This document shows positions 26,751 to 35,119 of a stretch of DNA of 36,214 bases, one piece after another. This stretch comes from a virus (Duplodnaviria > Caudoviricetes). A program made the translations under genes and the position numbers. The stretch spans positions 1 to 36,214 of the IMG/VR virus record IMGVR_UViG_3300042366_000091; one strand, given 5' to 3'. Each line of letters starts with the position of its first letter. Position 1 is the first letter of the stretch. The notes under the pieces were generated by a model, which was not told where the DNA came from, made no database searches, and saw nothing but the letters and a program-made list of their open reading frames with translations.

Positions 26751-26795
26751 TTAACGGCGGGTCTTGCGACCACGCTTCATTTTGCGTCCGTACAT
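26751..26795 (-). CDS. 14-aa peptide MYGRKMKRGRKTRR
   Basis: AAGGAG SD 5 nt before ATG. Confidence 0.7.
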   Translation of the reverse strand: MYGRKMKRGRKTRR

Positions 26796-26804
26796 GATTA
26801 CTCC

Positions 26805-26972
26805 TTAACGGCGGTTGTAGTCCCGTTGACTACGACCGGTGTAGGTTTTAAACCCAGTTTGGCGGCTTGTCAAGCTAGGACTCGCTTCTCCGCGAGACAG
26901 TTGTTTTGTGTCCACCCTTGGCTGGTCAGCTTTGGGTTGGGTCATGGAACGGGTTCCGGGGTCTGTAGCCAT
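26805..26972 (-). CDS. 55-aa protein (MATDPGTRSMTQPKADQPRV...RSQRDYNRR); not in ORF track
   Basis: AGGAG SD; TGATG coupling. Confidence 0.7.
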   Translation of the reverse strand: MATDPGTRSMTQPKADQPRVDTKQLSRGEASPSLTSRQTGFKTYTGRSQRDYNRR

Positions 26973-27154
26973 CAGTCTCTCCTAGAAGACCGCTTGTCTT
27001 TTTTTGACTCTGAACGAGTTTTTTTGATATAGCGGTCATAAGAAGCCTGAGCATCTTCTGCTCTTTTTATGTTCTCTCTACTTGGAGACGCTTTTGCTCT
27101 TTGTTTCGCCGCATCAGCCTCCGACCACAGTTTAATTGACTCTTCGCTCATCAT
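26972..27154 (-). CDS. Small charged hypothetical protein
   Basis: Coupled to portal stop; basic tail. Confidence 0.65.
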   Translation of the reverse strand: MMSEESIKLWSEADAAKQRAKASPSRENIKRAEDAQASYDRYIKKTRSESKKDKRSSRRD

Positions 27155-28785
27155 CCCACCTGTTTAAGTTGAGGTTTGCCTTCTGGCTTTTGTTGCATCG
27201 CCTGCTGAGCTTGTTGAGCTTCTTGCTTTTCTTGCATCTTTTTCAGACGGTCTTTAAGCATCTGCTTCATAGGCGGATCAACCATGTCGAGCAAGGATTC
27301 CTTGTCGATAACCTGGGACTTGAAGAGATTGAACGCCAGAGTCCTCAAGTCTTCCATGAAGATCGGACTGTTAGAGTGGGCATCAACCTTGACTACATAG
27401 TCTTTGGTGAACTGTTCGGCAATAAACGGGTTGCCTTGTTCGTCTATGTAGTGGGTGTCATCGTATGCCTGCATACAGCGCAGGTATAGCGTTGCCATCT
27501 TCTCTAGTGAATCTTCAATGACGAGGGCACGTTTCTTGGCACGGCTGGAGCCAAGACGGGCAAGCTGAGAAGCATGACCAGATGAGCGCACGCCTGACTC
27601 ACCACGACCCTGCAAAACACTGACAATGCCACTGGCTTCTTCAAACATCGCATCTATTTCGTTAATTTCACGGAATAGATCGGGAGGAATCTGCGGAGCT
27701 AGCTTCTCAACCTTTGCGTTTGGCATGTCTGTGGCTAGCAGGCCACCAGCACGGTTAAGAGCAAAGTTTTTCTCGTCCAAAATTCCCGTAAAGCCTACCA
27801 AAGCGGTAGGTGGAGAGACTTGTTTGCTTAGCAAGTCTAGGATTTCAGCCATACGCTTGTTGCGTAGCTGCTGTAGGAAGATAAGACGCTGGACTTCTGA
27901 CAAGCCCCAGAAGTAGTCATACAGAGGGTTGGGGCAAATCTGCACGAATGGCAGTTCACCCTTGAGGAAAAGGCTTTCACCTTCCCTGTCATAGATGATG
28001 ACATCTGGATCGGCCTTGGTAACGACTTGGTAGTCTTGAATGTCGTCATTCCAGAGCCAAAGCTCAGTCATTTCGATGGTGTCTTCAGCAACTTCAGCCT
28101 TGTAGCGGTTCATGCCGCCCAAATCAAGGTTCACATTGCCGTACATCGTGGGGTTTGACTGCGACAAGATGATGCGCTCAATCCCGTTTGCAATGTCCGT
28201 GCGCTCGTGAGGCATGGACGACACCCGTCTAACTAACTCTTCCCGTCGAGGATGGCTCCACAACTGGCTGTAAAGCTCAGACTTTGTGATGTAGTAGGTG
28301 TGGACAAAGGCTTCTTGGTTGTCCAAACCGGGGATGTCTTCCCGCAAAACACCTATGCAAGCAGGCTCAACATAGTGTGGATGGGGCGTTTTCCCCTTCA
28401 TGACCAGCTTGATGAACCCGCTGTTGTAGCAAAGTGACCAAGTTGTAGCCAGTGAAAACTTCTGATCTGCGTTTGTGTCTAGCCAGCGGTCATTGAGAGC
28501 GCGTGTAAGAGCCGGAACTTTTGTTTGTTCTTGCTCTTTGACAGCAGCACCCATGTTGATGCTAAACCGCGTAGTCTCTGCTGAGTAGAGAAAGCTGGTT
28601 AGCTGGTCAATGTGGGGGTAAATCTTGTTGTACAAAGCCGGTGACTCGTCTGGGCCATTGCCAAACAAGTACCAGCTTCGCAGCGAACCGTAGTCAACCT
28701 TGCGTGTTTCCTTCGAAACCAAGCACTTCTGAATGAGGTCGAGGTAAAACTCCTCGCGCTCTACAGAATCAGTTGGAATTCTCAT
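27151..28785 (-). CDS. Portal protein
   Basis: 544 aa between TerL and scaffold/MCP; NKIYPHIDQL, LPFVQI.P...WGLSEV..L, SGI..VLQG motifs. Confidence 0.82.
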   Translation of the reverse strand: MRIPTDSVEREEFYLDLIQKCLVSKETRKVDYGSLRSWYLFGNGPDESPALYNKIYPHIDQLTSFLYSAETTRFSINMGAAVKEQEQTKVPALTRALNDRWLDTNADQKFSLATTWSLCYNSGFIKLVMKGKTPHPHYVEPACIGVLREDIPGLDNQEAFVHTYYITKSELYSQLWSHPRREELVRRVSSMPHERTDIANGIERIILSQSNPTMYGNVNLDLGGMNRYKAEVAEDTIEMTELWLWNDDIQDYQVVTKADPDVIIYDREGESLFLKGELPFVQICPNPLYDYFWGLSEVQRLIFLQQLRNKRMAEILDLLSKQVSPPTALVGFTGILDEKNFALNRAGGLLATDMPNAKVEKLAPQIPPDLFREINEIDAMFEEASGIVSVLQGRGESGVRSSGHASQLARLGSSRAKKRALVIEDSLEKMATLYLRCMQAYDDTHYIDEQGNPFIAEQFTKDYVVKVDAHSNSPIFMEDLRTLAFNLFKSQVIDKESLLDMVDPPMKQMLKDRLKKMQEKQEAQQAQQAMQQKPEGKPQLKQVG

Positions 28786-29285
28786 GGCTTGCTAACCTGA
28801 AGGTTTTCATGGTCCTGCATGATAACGCTGGCTTTCGGACCCGTCAAATTTCCTGCTGACTTAGGGTTAATACTTACCGCTTCGTCTTTTACGGGCTTGA
28901 ATTGGCCGGACATGACGGATTTCATGCTAATGTTACCGCCTCCACCCCAGATGGCTTGGTCACCAGGGCGTGGGCCTTGCTGCTTTTGTTGTTCTTTGAG
29001 GGCGGCATCTGCCTCTGCAAACTGCTTGTCAGACAGCTTGTTGTGGCGTTTCATGTAGCCAGTTTGGTGTTCACCTTCTCTGGTTGTCTTGATGTCGGTC
29101 ATGTCGTAGTCGATAGCAAGCTGCTGGACGGTCTTGTCCGTGCGCTTGGTCTTGTCTGACTTCAAGCCAACAGGTTTTAGGAACACAACACTGAGTTCAC
29201 CCTTGCAGTTTTTCATGGGGCACTTAGGTTCCCATGCTTCAAAAATACCGTGTGTTTCGCAGTAGTAGTCTTTCAAGACAGCCAT
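28782..29285 (-). CDS. FmdB-like zinc-ribbon protein
   Basis: DYYCETHG.FE...CP...C N-terminus. Confidence 0.7.
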   Translation of the reverse strand: MAVLKDYYCETHGIFEAWEPKCPMKNCKGELSVVFLKPVGLKSDKTKRTDKTVQQLAIDYDMTDIKTTREGEHQTGYMKRHNKLSDKQFAEADAALKEQQKQQGPRPGDQAIWGGGGNISMKSVMSGQFKPVKDEAVSINPKSAGNLTGPKASVIMQDHENLQVSKP

Positions 29286-29287
29286 TT

Positions 29288-29689
29288 TTACCCTCTTAGT
29301 TGCTCGTCAAAACTCGGATTGCTGTAGTCATGGCGGTTGACGAGGCCCACCTTGACCTTCACACCTTCTGGAGTAACCTGTAGTTTCATCTGCCTCATGA
29401 TGGGAGGCTCGGGAGTGCGCCGGTACTCTACGTAAAACTTCTTGTGCTGGTCCTTCATAACCCGCACAGCGCCTTCTCTCCAGGCTGCGTATGCTTTGTT
29501 TACGCGCCTCTGAATGTGTTCCGACAGAGGTTCTTCCTCGTAGACGAAGACAGTGTGAAACATACGGTGAGAGATGCCAGCAAGCTCACAGAAACGCTGT
29601 ATAGAGATGCCACGGTCTTTGTCATCATAGAACCGGCGCATCTGCTTTTTGAGTTCCGTCTTGCTCAGCGGGTTGTTTGAAGTACTCAA
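29288..29689 (-). CDS. Hypothetical protein with HTH-like segment (ISIQRFCELAGIS)
   Basis: ORF fills the gap; exact start uncertain. Confidence 0.65.
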   Translation of the reverse strand: MSTSNNPLSKTELKKQMRRFYDDKDRGISIQRFCELAGISHRMFHTVFVYEEEPLSEHIQRRVNKAYAAWREGAVRVMKDQHKKFYVEYRRTPEPPIMRQMKLQVTPEGVKVKVGLVNRHDYSNPSFDEQLRG

Positions 29690-30467
29690 TCTCGTACCCC
29701 TTCTTTAACAGGTGTTCCAGAAACATCATTTCTTTGTGCATGTTCTGCGGCTCATGCTTGGTCGTGTCAATCTTTACTTTGTGACCACCGACCAACTTGC
29801 GAGTAGGGCCGTGACAGCCGAACAGCTTGTCAAGGTCAAAGTCATCGTGGTAACCAGGACCAAAATACTCTACAGAGAAAAACTTGGCTTCTTGATCTGG
29901 CGCGTATTTCAGTCCACACCGCTCTAGCTCTGTTCGCATGAACCCTGTTAACTGCACATCCTCGTTGCAAAAAGGCTGAACGTTAAATGATTTGTGCATC
30001 ACGCCATGTTTGCCAGGGGCTTGCAGCATCTTCTTGCTTCGCAGAGAGAACCCTCCGTTTTGGATGATGTGCTTAGGCTCTGTTTCCTGTTGCCAAGTCC
30101 AGTTGTAGTAGTACTTTTCAGACGTTAAGGCGCAGTGTGTAGGAGCGCCTATGTAGTCGTACTCGTACCAATCTTTGTTGAAGTTGTTTCCGTCTAACAC
30201 CCAGCCATCGTCTTGAACGATGAGAACATGGCTTGTGTCTACAAAATGATGCAAGGCATACATCATGAACCACGAGTACTGGAAGTAGTCCAGCGGGAAG
30301 ATTCCCTTGTAATCTATAAACCAAGGAAGTGTAGGTGGCCTGCTAGGGCTTAGCAGTAGAGCCTTGCTGCCAGGAAGTTGTGTTGAGCTTCTGACAAGGC
30401 TTGGAATGGCGCTCGTGCCATCGTTATGGCCGTACACCGCCACCACGGTCAAGTTACTGTGTTCCAT
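29625..30467 (-). CDS. DUF5672-like glycosyltransferase-fold protein
   Basis: LIVQDDGWV, YDYIGAP, NGGFSLRSKK, NEDV, FGCHG motifs. Confidence 0.8.
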   Translation of the reverse strand: MEHSNLTVVAVYGHNDGTSAIPSLVRSSTQLPGSKALLLSPSRPPTLPWFIDYKGIFPLDYFQYSWFMMYALHHFVDTSHVLIVQDDGWVLDGNNFNKDWYEYDYIGAPTHCALTSEKYYYNWTWQQETEPKHIIQNGGFSLRSKKMLQAPGKHGVMHKSFNVQPFCNEDVQLTGFMRTELERCGLKYAPDQEAKFFSVEYFGPGYHDDFDLDKLFGCHGPTRKLVGGHKVKIDTTKHEPQNMHKEMMFLEHLLKKGYEIEYFKQPAEQDGTQKADAPVL

Positions 30468-32211
30468 ACAAACCTATCCGTTTTAGGTAGTCACTGACGT
30501 TTCTGCCAACAGCAATTTGTTCAGGCGTGTACTCTTCCTGCGCCCTGCTTACTTCACGGGTAATCTTCTGAGCTATCAAGCGAGGCTGAATCTGTTCTGC
30601 AAAGGCTACAGCAGCAAGGGCAGAGGCAATGACCCTATCGTCCTTGCCGCGCCCAGGAGCGCCCAAGAATCCGTTATCTCTGATGATGCCCTTCATCTCT
30701 TCCAGCAAGTCCATGCTGTAGATACGCATCATGTCTCGCTCAAAATAGTCTTTCATGTAGTTGAGCATCCTCTCCTTGGTAGAAGAGGTGGTCAGGTATC
30801 CAATGCTGTTGGACAGGCCACCAAGCGTGTCGTTACGCCTCCAGATGTAGTTCTGCATAGAACCGAGCACATCTAGCAAGCCATGCCCCATAGGACCGCC
30901 CATAGAGCTTGCCATGCGTTTGAGGTTGCGTATCTCGTTGATGACCGCCTGACCTGGGCCGTTGACCTCTAGGTTGAGCGTAGAGTTCTTGTAAGCGCCA
31001 GCAAGGTGAGCAATAACCCACGCAAACTGGTAGGTGTTCATCTCACTGGTTGCGAACTCTGCTACTTGGTCAAGACCGTCAGCGTAGCATCTGAACACTT
31101 GTATGCAAAATCTATCTGCCCAGTCTGAACTTCCGTAGGCTGGATCGGCTCCAATAACGTAGTAAGCCGAGTCAATAGGTTGTTCCCACACGCGAAGCGT
31201 GGACAGTCTCTCTGTACTTCTAAGCACCTCGGTGTCTTGGAACAACTGACCAAAACTGTAGCGGAAGTCTTCATGGTCCCTCTTCTTACTTTGCTTGGCA
31301 GATTCTGTGCATCTCGTGTGTGAGAAAAAACTAGTGCCAGTCATGACGAAGGCATAGTCTTCAGTGGGCGGGAACTCCTGATACATCAGCGTCTCGTCTT
31401 TGATTCCTTCGTGCATCTTCCAGCGCCACCATGCCATCTGACGAGAGTTGATTTCTACGTTGTAGAGCTTCTTGATTTCTTTCGTCCACTCCCTCTCTTC
31501 TGGCTTTAGCTTGCCATCCCAGTACACCTTGTAAATCTGGGAGTCACCAGCAACGGAGTAGAACTCGTTACGCCACCAACCACAGAAGATTGCCCTCTGC
31601 GTCTTTGCTCGCTTGGCAGTCTTGTACATGTCGTGGAACATGTTAAAGCCCTGAGCCGTAGACTCAAACATGTAAAGCCTCTCTGCATTCTTCTCTGCAA
31701 GAGAAGCTATCAGAGAAGCTAAGCCTTCTTCATTGCCCCACGAGGCTGTCTCTGTGCCGTGCAAGTAGGTAATGGCCTTGCCCTGACCCAGACGAGACTT
31801 GTTGCCAGCAATTTGGTAGAAAAGTCTTGACCTGTTTTTGAGGACCATCTGGTTTCTGTTGTGGGCAACCAGAGGAATCTTGTACTCCTTGGGCAACCCG
31901 TCCATGTACATGGCAAGAGTGCTGCGGAACATGTCCCTGTTCTCTTCCGTGTCTGCCACCAGAGTGCCCTGCCAGCCAGGGTGGGTGAACTGCCAGTACA
32001 GGTCTAGCGCAAGGCTTATCGTGGTGATGCCAAGCTGCCTTCCTTTCAAGATAACAAAGAAGTGGACATCCTCCTCCAACCCCTTCGCAATCTCTTCCAT
32101 CACGTACTTCTGCGTCCCCAGAAGAGTGCCCATCTTCTTCAAGCCCTCCTCCTTTGTCTCAATCTTGAGTTCAGAGCAGAACTTATAAAACTTCTTCAGG
32201 TCAAAGTTCAT
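30454..32211 (-). CDS. terL: Terminase large subunit
   Basis: Walker A LKGRQLGITT, Walker B-like YLHGTE, coupling motif ESTAQG, nuclease IGADPA / LEVNGPG / DDRVIA. Confidence 0.95.
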   Translation of the reverse strand: MNFDLKKFYKFCSELKIETKEEGLKKMGTLLGTQKYVMEEIAKGLEEDVHFFVILKGRQLGITTISLALDLYWQFTHPGWQGTLVADTEENRDMFRSTLAMYMDGLPKEYKIPLVAHNRNQMVLKNRSRLFYQIAGNKSRLGQGKAITYLHGTETASWGNEEGLASLIASLAEKNAERLYMFESTAQGFNMFHDMYKTAKRAKTQRAIFCGWWRNEFYSVAGDSQIYKVYWDGKLKPEEREWTKEIKKLYNVEINSRQMAWWRWKMHEGIKDETLMYQEFPPTEDYAFVMTGTSFFSHTRCTESAKQSKKRDHEDFRYSFGQLFQDTEVLRSTERLSTLRVWEQPIDSAYYVIGADPAYGSSDWADRFCIQVFRCYADGLDQVAEFATSEMNTYQFAWVIAHLAGAYKNSTLNLEVNGPGQAVINEIRNLKRMASSMGGPMGHGLLDVLGSMQNYIWRRNDTLGGLSNSIGYLTTSSTKERMLNYMKDYFERDMMRIYSMDLLEEMKGIIRDNGFLGAPGRGKDDRVIASALAAVAFAEQIQPRLIAQKITREVSRAQEEYTPEQIAVGRNVSDYLKRIGLYGTQ

Positions 32212-32462
32212 CTTGTTTTCTTGTTGTCAAACTTGTCCAGATTCCACGCAACGATGTCACCAGCAACAGACTTGTTCTTGGCACAGCGGATAAGTTCCTT
32301 GTAAAAGATTTCTGAGTACTTCTCCTGCCACTCAGCAGCCAACGCTCGCTTGGCTTTAGGGCTAATGCACGACAAAGCCCTCTTCATCTCCAACTGCAAC
32401 CTTCTGCGAGTGGCGTAAAGCTCTGTCTGCCACTGCGTCTGAATATCCAATCCTGTAGCCAT
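32208..32462 (-). CDS. Hypothetical helical protein upstream of TerL
   Basis: Stop coupled to TerL ATG; GGAGG upstream. Confidence 0.65.
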   Translation of the reverse strand: MATGLDIQTQWQTELYATRRRLQLEMKRALSCISPKAKRALAAEWQEKYSEIFYKELIRCAKNKSVAGDIVAWNLDKFDNKKTR

Positions 32463-32589
32463 CAGCCGCAGCCTCCTGCACCTTCTTTATCAACATCTCC
32501 TGCTTAGCCTGCGAATAAACAAGGTTAGCCATCAGCAAATGACACATCTGCCGTAACTCCTCCTCATCCATCCACAACAAAGCAGTCAC
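32362..32589 (-). CDS. Hypothetical protein
   Basis: GTGA coupling to upstream stop; GGAGG SD. Confidence 0.55.
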   Translation of the reverse strand: MTALLWMDEEELRQMCHLLMANLVYSQAKQEMLIKKVQEAAADGYRIGYSDAVADRALRHSQKVAVGDEEGFVVH

Positions 32590-32810
32590 AACACCCTCCA
32601 CACCCTCACAACATCACCCTCAGTCCTGGCCTCAAACCTCCACCCCAACCGCCTGCCAGCCCTGTAGTTCGCATTCAACACCTTCGCCCTAGCCACCACA
32701 GGAACAACAAAACTGTCACCCACCTCCATCTCCTCATAAGGATAGGCGTACACCACCCGAGGCTTGGGCATCCCAACTCCAACTTCTTTCTCTATCGCAG
32801 CTATCGTCAT
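32586..32810 (-). CDS. Small putative DNA-binding protein, paralog of 308-517; first gene of the late arm
   Basis: YPYEEMEVGDSFVVP...RT....VRVWR; GAGGT SD. Confidence 0.82.
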   Translation of the reverse strand: MTIAAIEKEVGVGMPKPRVVYAYPYEEMEVGDSFVVPVVARAKVLNANYRAGRRLGWRFEARTEGDVVRVWRVL

Positions 32811-32834
32811 CTCGCTACCTCTACATATAGCTTC

Positions 32835-32869
32835 ATCTTACAAGCAAGTCGGGGTGGTTGCAACACCCC
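32835..32869 (-). promoter_or_regulatory. Sigma70-type late-arm promoter with palindrome over the -35
   Basis: TTGCAA (32858-32863), 17 nt, TAAGAT (32835-32840); GGGGTG(G)TTGCAACACCCC. Confidence 0.65.
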
Positions 32870-33450
32870 TTGTCGCCCTGCCAGTTCCGTCAGGGCAAAA
32901 AAAGACCAGCACAAGGGGCTGGTCGTAAGAACAGACCAAACCCAGGCTGGTCGAATGGAGAAAGACTCCCTGATTGCGAAGGCAACTGCAATCAGAAGCA
33001 AGTCTACAGGAAAAATGTAAATTGAAAATTTACGTCTTGGAAAAACGTAAATTTTTTATGGGGGGTGGAAAGTGGGGGCACACCAAACCCTCCCCCAAGT
33101 CCCAACGAGGTTGGCCTAGGTCGCTGATCTGATGCCTAGACTGATGACGGACTGCCCAAGCCCAGGTCTAGGCCTAGTCTGCTCATCACCGGCACAGTCT
33201 GACTAGCCTAAGCATGGTCTGTGCCAGTTACCCCGATTGTCGCCCTACCCCATGTCTATTTACATTGTCGCCCAAGGGGACGGAGGGTGACAATCCCCCC
33301 TGTTTGTACATTGTCCCCTTGACTGTGCTTTAGACTACTATGTAAACAACTACTAACATTCACTTTAGACTATAGGGGATAGTCTAGTTTAGTCTATAGT
33401 CTATCGCAATGACTGTACCTAATCACACTAGGGAATGTACCTAGAAAATA
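32870..33450. other. Non-coding control region between the arms (candidate genome end/pac/origin)
   Basis: No convincing ORF; clustered short direct and inverted repeats. Confidence 0.6.
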
Positions 33451-33454
33451 GTTG

Positions 33455-33482
33455 TTGACGTAGTGTGAATTCGTGATACACT
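33455..33482 (+). promoter_or_regulatory. Sigma70-type early promoter
   Basis: TTGACG (33455-33460), 16 nt, TGn-extended TACACT (33477-33482). Confidence 0.6.
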
Positions 33483-33528
33483 GTCTTTACTGCACTAAAG
33501 CAGTGTCCTAACTTAAGCGGAGGTTTCC

Positions 33529-33774
33529 ATGACAAAAGACAAATTCCAGCATTCAGACTTTGTTCGCAATCCGGGCAAATATGAGTTGTTCAAGACTGCT
33601 ACTGTTCGCAACCTTATGGTCAATCAAGACGGTGAGGTTAAAGAGGGAACAATCGTAGGCATCCGTTTTGCGGGTGTTAAGCACAATCGTCTGTACCGCA
33701 GGGATGAGCCGATCTATGTGCTTAGCACCGGTGATGTGTGCTATGCCAATAACCTGTGTGAATTCACACTTTGA
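33529..33774 (+). CDS. Early hypothetical protein
   Basis: GGAGGTTTCC leader; 81 aa. Confidence 0.8.
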   Translation: MTKDKFQHSDFVRNPGKYELFKTATVRNLMVNQDGEVKEGTIVGIRFAGVKHNRLYRRDEPIYVLSTGDVCYANNLCEFTL

Positions 33775-33847
33775 CAATCCAGCCTGTGCCAGTGTGACAG
33801 ACTGGCATGGGGTGAGGTTGTCTCACTGTCTAACGGAGGTTTCCACT

Positions 33848-33985
33848 ATGCGCTATCAAAAACACTTTGACCATTGGACTGTGCTTTACCCTAACGGTCA
33901 CCGGGCCTACTTCAAGTCTGAGGAGGTCGCTAGGGCTGAGGCAGTTCTGTACGGCATCGGGCTTGTTTCCCCTCTTTACGCCTAA
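33848..33985 (+). CDS. Early 45-aa protein (MRYQKHFDHW...)
   Basis: GGAGGTTTCC leader fixes the start at 33848. Confidence 0.75.
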   Translation: MRYQKHFDHWTVLYPNGHRAYFKSEEVARAEAVLYGIGLVSPLYA

Positions 33986-34003
33986 CCATCGTAGGTTTCC
34001 ACC

Positions 34004-34204
34004 ATGCAATCACTTCCTAACATCGAGAAAAGTGCTTTCCATTCCGGCACCTATGTGGGCTATGGCCGTGGTCAGGTGTGGCGCATCCGCAAAAGCTCAG
34101 GCATTTACGGGGTCTGGTGGGCTTACAGTCTCCAAAACCCTAACGATAGGCTGTACGCTTGGAAGTTGTCAGACCTAAGCGCAAAGCTTGCCCAACCTGC
34201 CTAA
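34004..34204 (+). CDS. Early hypothetical protein
   Basis: GTAGGTTTCCACC leader. Confidence 0.75.
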   Translation: MQSLPNIEKSAFHSGTYVGYGRGQVWRIRKSSGIYGVWWAYSLQNPNDRLYAWKLSDLSAKLAQPA

Positions 34205-34284
34205 CTCATCCCCTAGGGGCTTGCACAGCCCCTACAGGATGCGCTAGCATCAAGACCCTAACTTAACTACTGGAGGTTTCCACC

Positions 34285-34602
34285 ATGTCAGACAAGATCA
34301 AAGACCACGTTCTTAGCATCATCAACACTCTAGAAACAGGGTTTGGCGATGACGTAAACGAAGATGGACAGCCTTTTTCCGCTTTTGACTACCTGCAAGA
34401 TGCCCTAGACATCGAATGGGTAGTAAACAGTAAAAAAGAATACCTAGGCGCTCGCATCCTTGTGGCTTTTGGTGGGCCAAACATCTGGGTGGATACCCGC
34501 AGGGGCATTGTTGAGGGCGCGTGGTGGGGCGACAGCTACTCACGCACGTTCAAGGACAACATCGGTCTAGATGACGCCCTGCAAGAACTTCACGCCTGCT
34601 AA
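34285..34602 (+). CDS. Acidic early protein (DYL.DALDI...LVAFGGPNIW family)
   Basis: GGAGGTTTCCACC leader; recognisable phage motif. Confidence 0.82.
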   Translation: MSDKIKDHVLSIINTLETGFGDDVNEDGQPFSAFDYLQDALDIEWVVNSKKEYLGARILVAFGGPNIWVDTRRGIVEGAWWGDSYSRTFKDNIGLDDALQELHAC

Positions 34603-34678
34603 CCCCACCCTAACCCTACCCCAGGCATTGCAAGGCGTCTGGGGGCGTTTAAACCCGTTTTAGAAGGATGTTTCCACC

Positions 34679-34888
34679 ATGAAAACCACCACAGATCAAT
34701 TCCATGTCATGCGTGGGCATGTTGCTGAGGGCTGCATTGTCATTGCCCCCAGTGGGCGAGAGTTCACCATCAAGAACACTATGCACGGATGGATGGTGCA
34801 TGGCCCGGACGGACGCCCCATATCTGGCTATCTGCTAGCAGCGGCTGATGTTGAGTATTTTGTCGTAAACGGACTATCTAGCAGCTAA
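34679..34888 (+). CDS. Early hypothetical protein
   Basis: GGATGTTTCCACC leader. Confidence 0.75.
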   Translation: MKTTTDQFHVMRGHVAEGCIVIAPSGREFTIKNTMHGWMVHGPDGRPISGYLLAAADVEYFVVNGLSSS

Positions 34889-34898
34889 GGAGAACACC

Positions 34899-35090
34899 AT
34901 GCAAGAACCCAGGATGGACACTTACAAACGATTCCCCCGTACTCTGGAAGAGGCATTCCCAGACCACTACCGGGAACAGTTTGACCCCCTGTACCAGCCC
35001 CCGCATGACAGAACAGACCCAGACGTGTGGGTGATGCTGGCCTGTGCTTTTGCTGCTGGCTTTTTAACCGGACTGATTGTGTGGGCTTGA
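34899..35090 (+). CDS. Small membrane protein (RFPRTLEEAFP motif + C-terminal TM)
   Basis: AAGGAG SD; recognisable phage motif. Confidence 0.8.
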   Translation: MQEPRMDTYKRFPRTLEEAFPDHYREQFDPLYQPPHDRTDPDVWVMLACAFAAGFLTGLIVWA

Positions 35091-35116
35091 CAAGTCCCTA
35101 GGCAGTCAGGTAGAGT
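35087..35116 (+). promoter_or_regulatory. Sigma70-type promoter of the structured RNA locus
   Basis: TTGACA (35087-35092), 18 nt, TAGAGT (35111-35116). Confidence 0.6.
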
Positions 35117-35119
35117 CCC

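Noticed and set aside
32807-33001. 64-aa - strand ORF
   Set aside because: Non-ATG start, spans the predicted late promoter, no motif.
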